A stretch of 64,000 nt of DNA from NCBI GenBank assembly GCA_963169915.1, contig CAUJEM010000123.1:12914-76913 (forward strand), given 5' to 3'. Shown here in pieces: positions 63,105-64,000 of the stretch (positions within the stretch are counted from its first letter, which is position 1; the number at the start of each line of letters is the position of its first letter). A program made the position numbers and the translations under genes. Source of the stretch: Myxococcota bacterium. GTDB lineage: Bacteria > Myxococcota_A > Polyangia > Polyangiales > Polyangiaceae. Under the pieces are notes generated by a model, which did no database searches, was not told where the DNA came from, and worked only from the letters and a program-made list of their open reading frames with translations.

Positions 63105-64000
63105 GGCGCGCGCTCGTCTTGGGCCTGAGCGCGCTGCTCTCGGGCTGCGGCGCGCCCCCGGCGCCGCCGGTCGCCGCCTCGAAGCCCCCCCAGCCCCCGG
63201 CCGCCACCGCGGTCCCTGGCGTGGACCGCTCCGCGCTGCCCTCGCCAGGGCCAGCGATCGCTTGGTCACCGCCGGCGGTCACGCGCTTTCAGCTCTCCAG
63301 TGGCCTGCCCGTGTACTTTCAGCGGCACGGGCAGACGCCGCTGTTCACGTTGCTGCTCGTGTTGAAGCGCGGCGCCGGGACGGACCCCGCCAAGCAGGCC
63401 GGGCTCAGCGCGCTCACCATCGACCTGCTGGACGAGGGGGCAGGCGGCAGGACGGCGCTCGAGCTGTCGGACGAGCTGCGGCGGCTCGGCGTCGGGTACG
63501 ACGCGAGCGTGGATCTGGACGGGAGCTACCTCTCGATGGATGGCCTCGCCGAGCACTTCGAGGCGGCGGCGGCGCTGCTCTCGGACATCGCGCGGCGCCC
63601 GGCCCTGTCCCCGGCGGAGTTCACGCATCGCAAGGCGCAGCGCCTGGCGGAGGCGCTCACGCGCGAGAGCGAGCCGGCGACCGCGCGCTCCATCGTGCTC
63701 AGGCGGGCGCTGTTCGGGGCAGGCTATGGAGGCATGCTGTCGGACGGGCTCGGCTCCACGTTGAAGGGCGTGACGCTCGCCGACGTCAAGCGCCACTACG
63801 CGGCGCTGGTGCAGCCGGACATCGCCGCGCTGGTCGTCGTGGGGGGCGTGGAGGAGGCCAGCGTTCGTCAGGCGCTCGAGGCGCGCTTCGGTGACTGGCG
63901 AGGCCACGCGACCGCCGCTGAGGCGCCGGTGACGACGGAGCCCGTGGACGCCGGGATTCACCTCGTGGATTTCCCTGGCGCCAGTCAGTCCGTGCTCACG
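63101..64000 (+). CDS. M16-family peptidase-like lipoprotein lacking HxxEH (partial, runs off the 3' edge)
   Basis: My own translation from GTG 63101 (GTGA overlap): VRRALVLGLSALLSGC...FTLLLVLKRGAGTDPAKQAGLSALTIDLLDEGAGGRTALELSDELRRLG... The frame stays open to the window end. Absent from the ORF track. Confidence 0.8.
   Translation, partial: MRRALVLGLSALLSGCGAPPAPPVAASKPPQPPAATAVPGVDRSALPSPGPAIAWSPPAVTRFQLSSGLPVYFQRHGQTPLFTLLLVLKRGAGTDPAKQAGLSALTIDLLDEGAGGRTALELSDELRRLGVGYDASVDLDGSYLSMDGLAEHFEAAAALLSDIARRPALSPAEFTHRKAQRLAEALTRESEPATARSIVLRRALFGAGYGGMLSDGLGSTLKGVTLADVKRHYAALVQPDIAALVVVGGVEEASVRQALEARFGDWRGHATAAEAPVTTEPVDAGIHLVDFPGASQSVLT

Noticed and set aside
36195-63269. Other long antisense ORFs: 36195..37793 (-), 41241..43091 (+), 45217..47028 (+), 47396..49297 (+), 58536..60185 (+), 61719..63269 (-).
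   Set aside because: Each lies opposite a gene with clear family motifs (VWA lipoprotein, kinase, TonB-dependent receptor, DAG kinase/zinc-ribbon protein, RND transporter, M16 peptidase). Each has the Arg/Ala/Gly/Pro-dominated composition of GC-driven open frames.

Overview
This is a 64-kb, very GC-rich chromosomal window (roughly 70 percent GC by eye, with third codon positions almost saturated with G/C). Its gene content looks like Myxococcota of the Polyangia/Sorangiineae type: many lipoproteins, ECF sigma/anti-sigma pairs, CGxCG cysteine-repeat proteins, a eukaryote-like Ser/Thr kinase and a TonB-fused Oar-like receptor. I call 55 CDS (two partial at the window edges), one tRNA-Arg(CCT), five hairpin terminator candidates, one good sigma-54 promoter match, one weaker regulatory repeat and two coding tandem-repeat tracts. 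I saw no rRNA, CRISPR, transposase, integrase or phage genes. Most long ORFs in the six-frame track are antisense or alternate-frame shadows of real genes, as expected at this GC content. Five points stand out. (1) An approximately 11-kb minus-strand respiratory block holds a Sec/lipoprotein-type (clade II) nosZ-nosB-nosD-nosF-nosL-nosY-cytochrome c cluster. It is followed directly by a CuA-type heme-copper oxidase whose subunit I has Asn in place of the His-crosslinked Tyr, making it a candidate unconventional NO reductase, plus Sco1 and a membrane protein. (2) An ECF sigma factor and a 1371-aa anti-sigma factor (zf-HC2, FecR, VIT, VWA, TPR) sit directly upstream of a poly-gamma-glutamate synthetase set (pgsB, pgsC, PgsAA-like) and a CAP-domain lipoprotein. 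(3) A VWA/thrombospondin-repeat lipoprotein, a single-POTRA Omp85 and a secreted protein form an apparent operon. (4) One protein fuses a Ser/Thr kinase, an FHA domain and a degenerate GGDEF domain. (5) A bacterial lipoprotein next to the tRNA carries a canonical EPN/WND C-type lectin domain. All functional calls rest on motif recognition by eye. No similarity search, HMM or structure prediction was run, and start codons are provisional.
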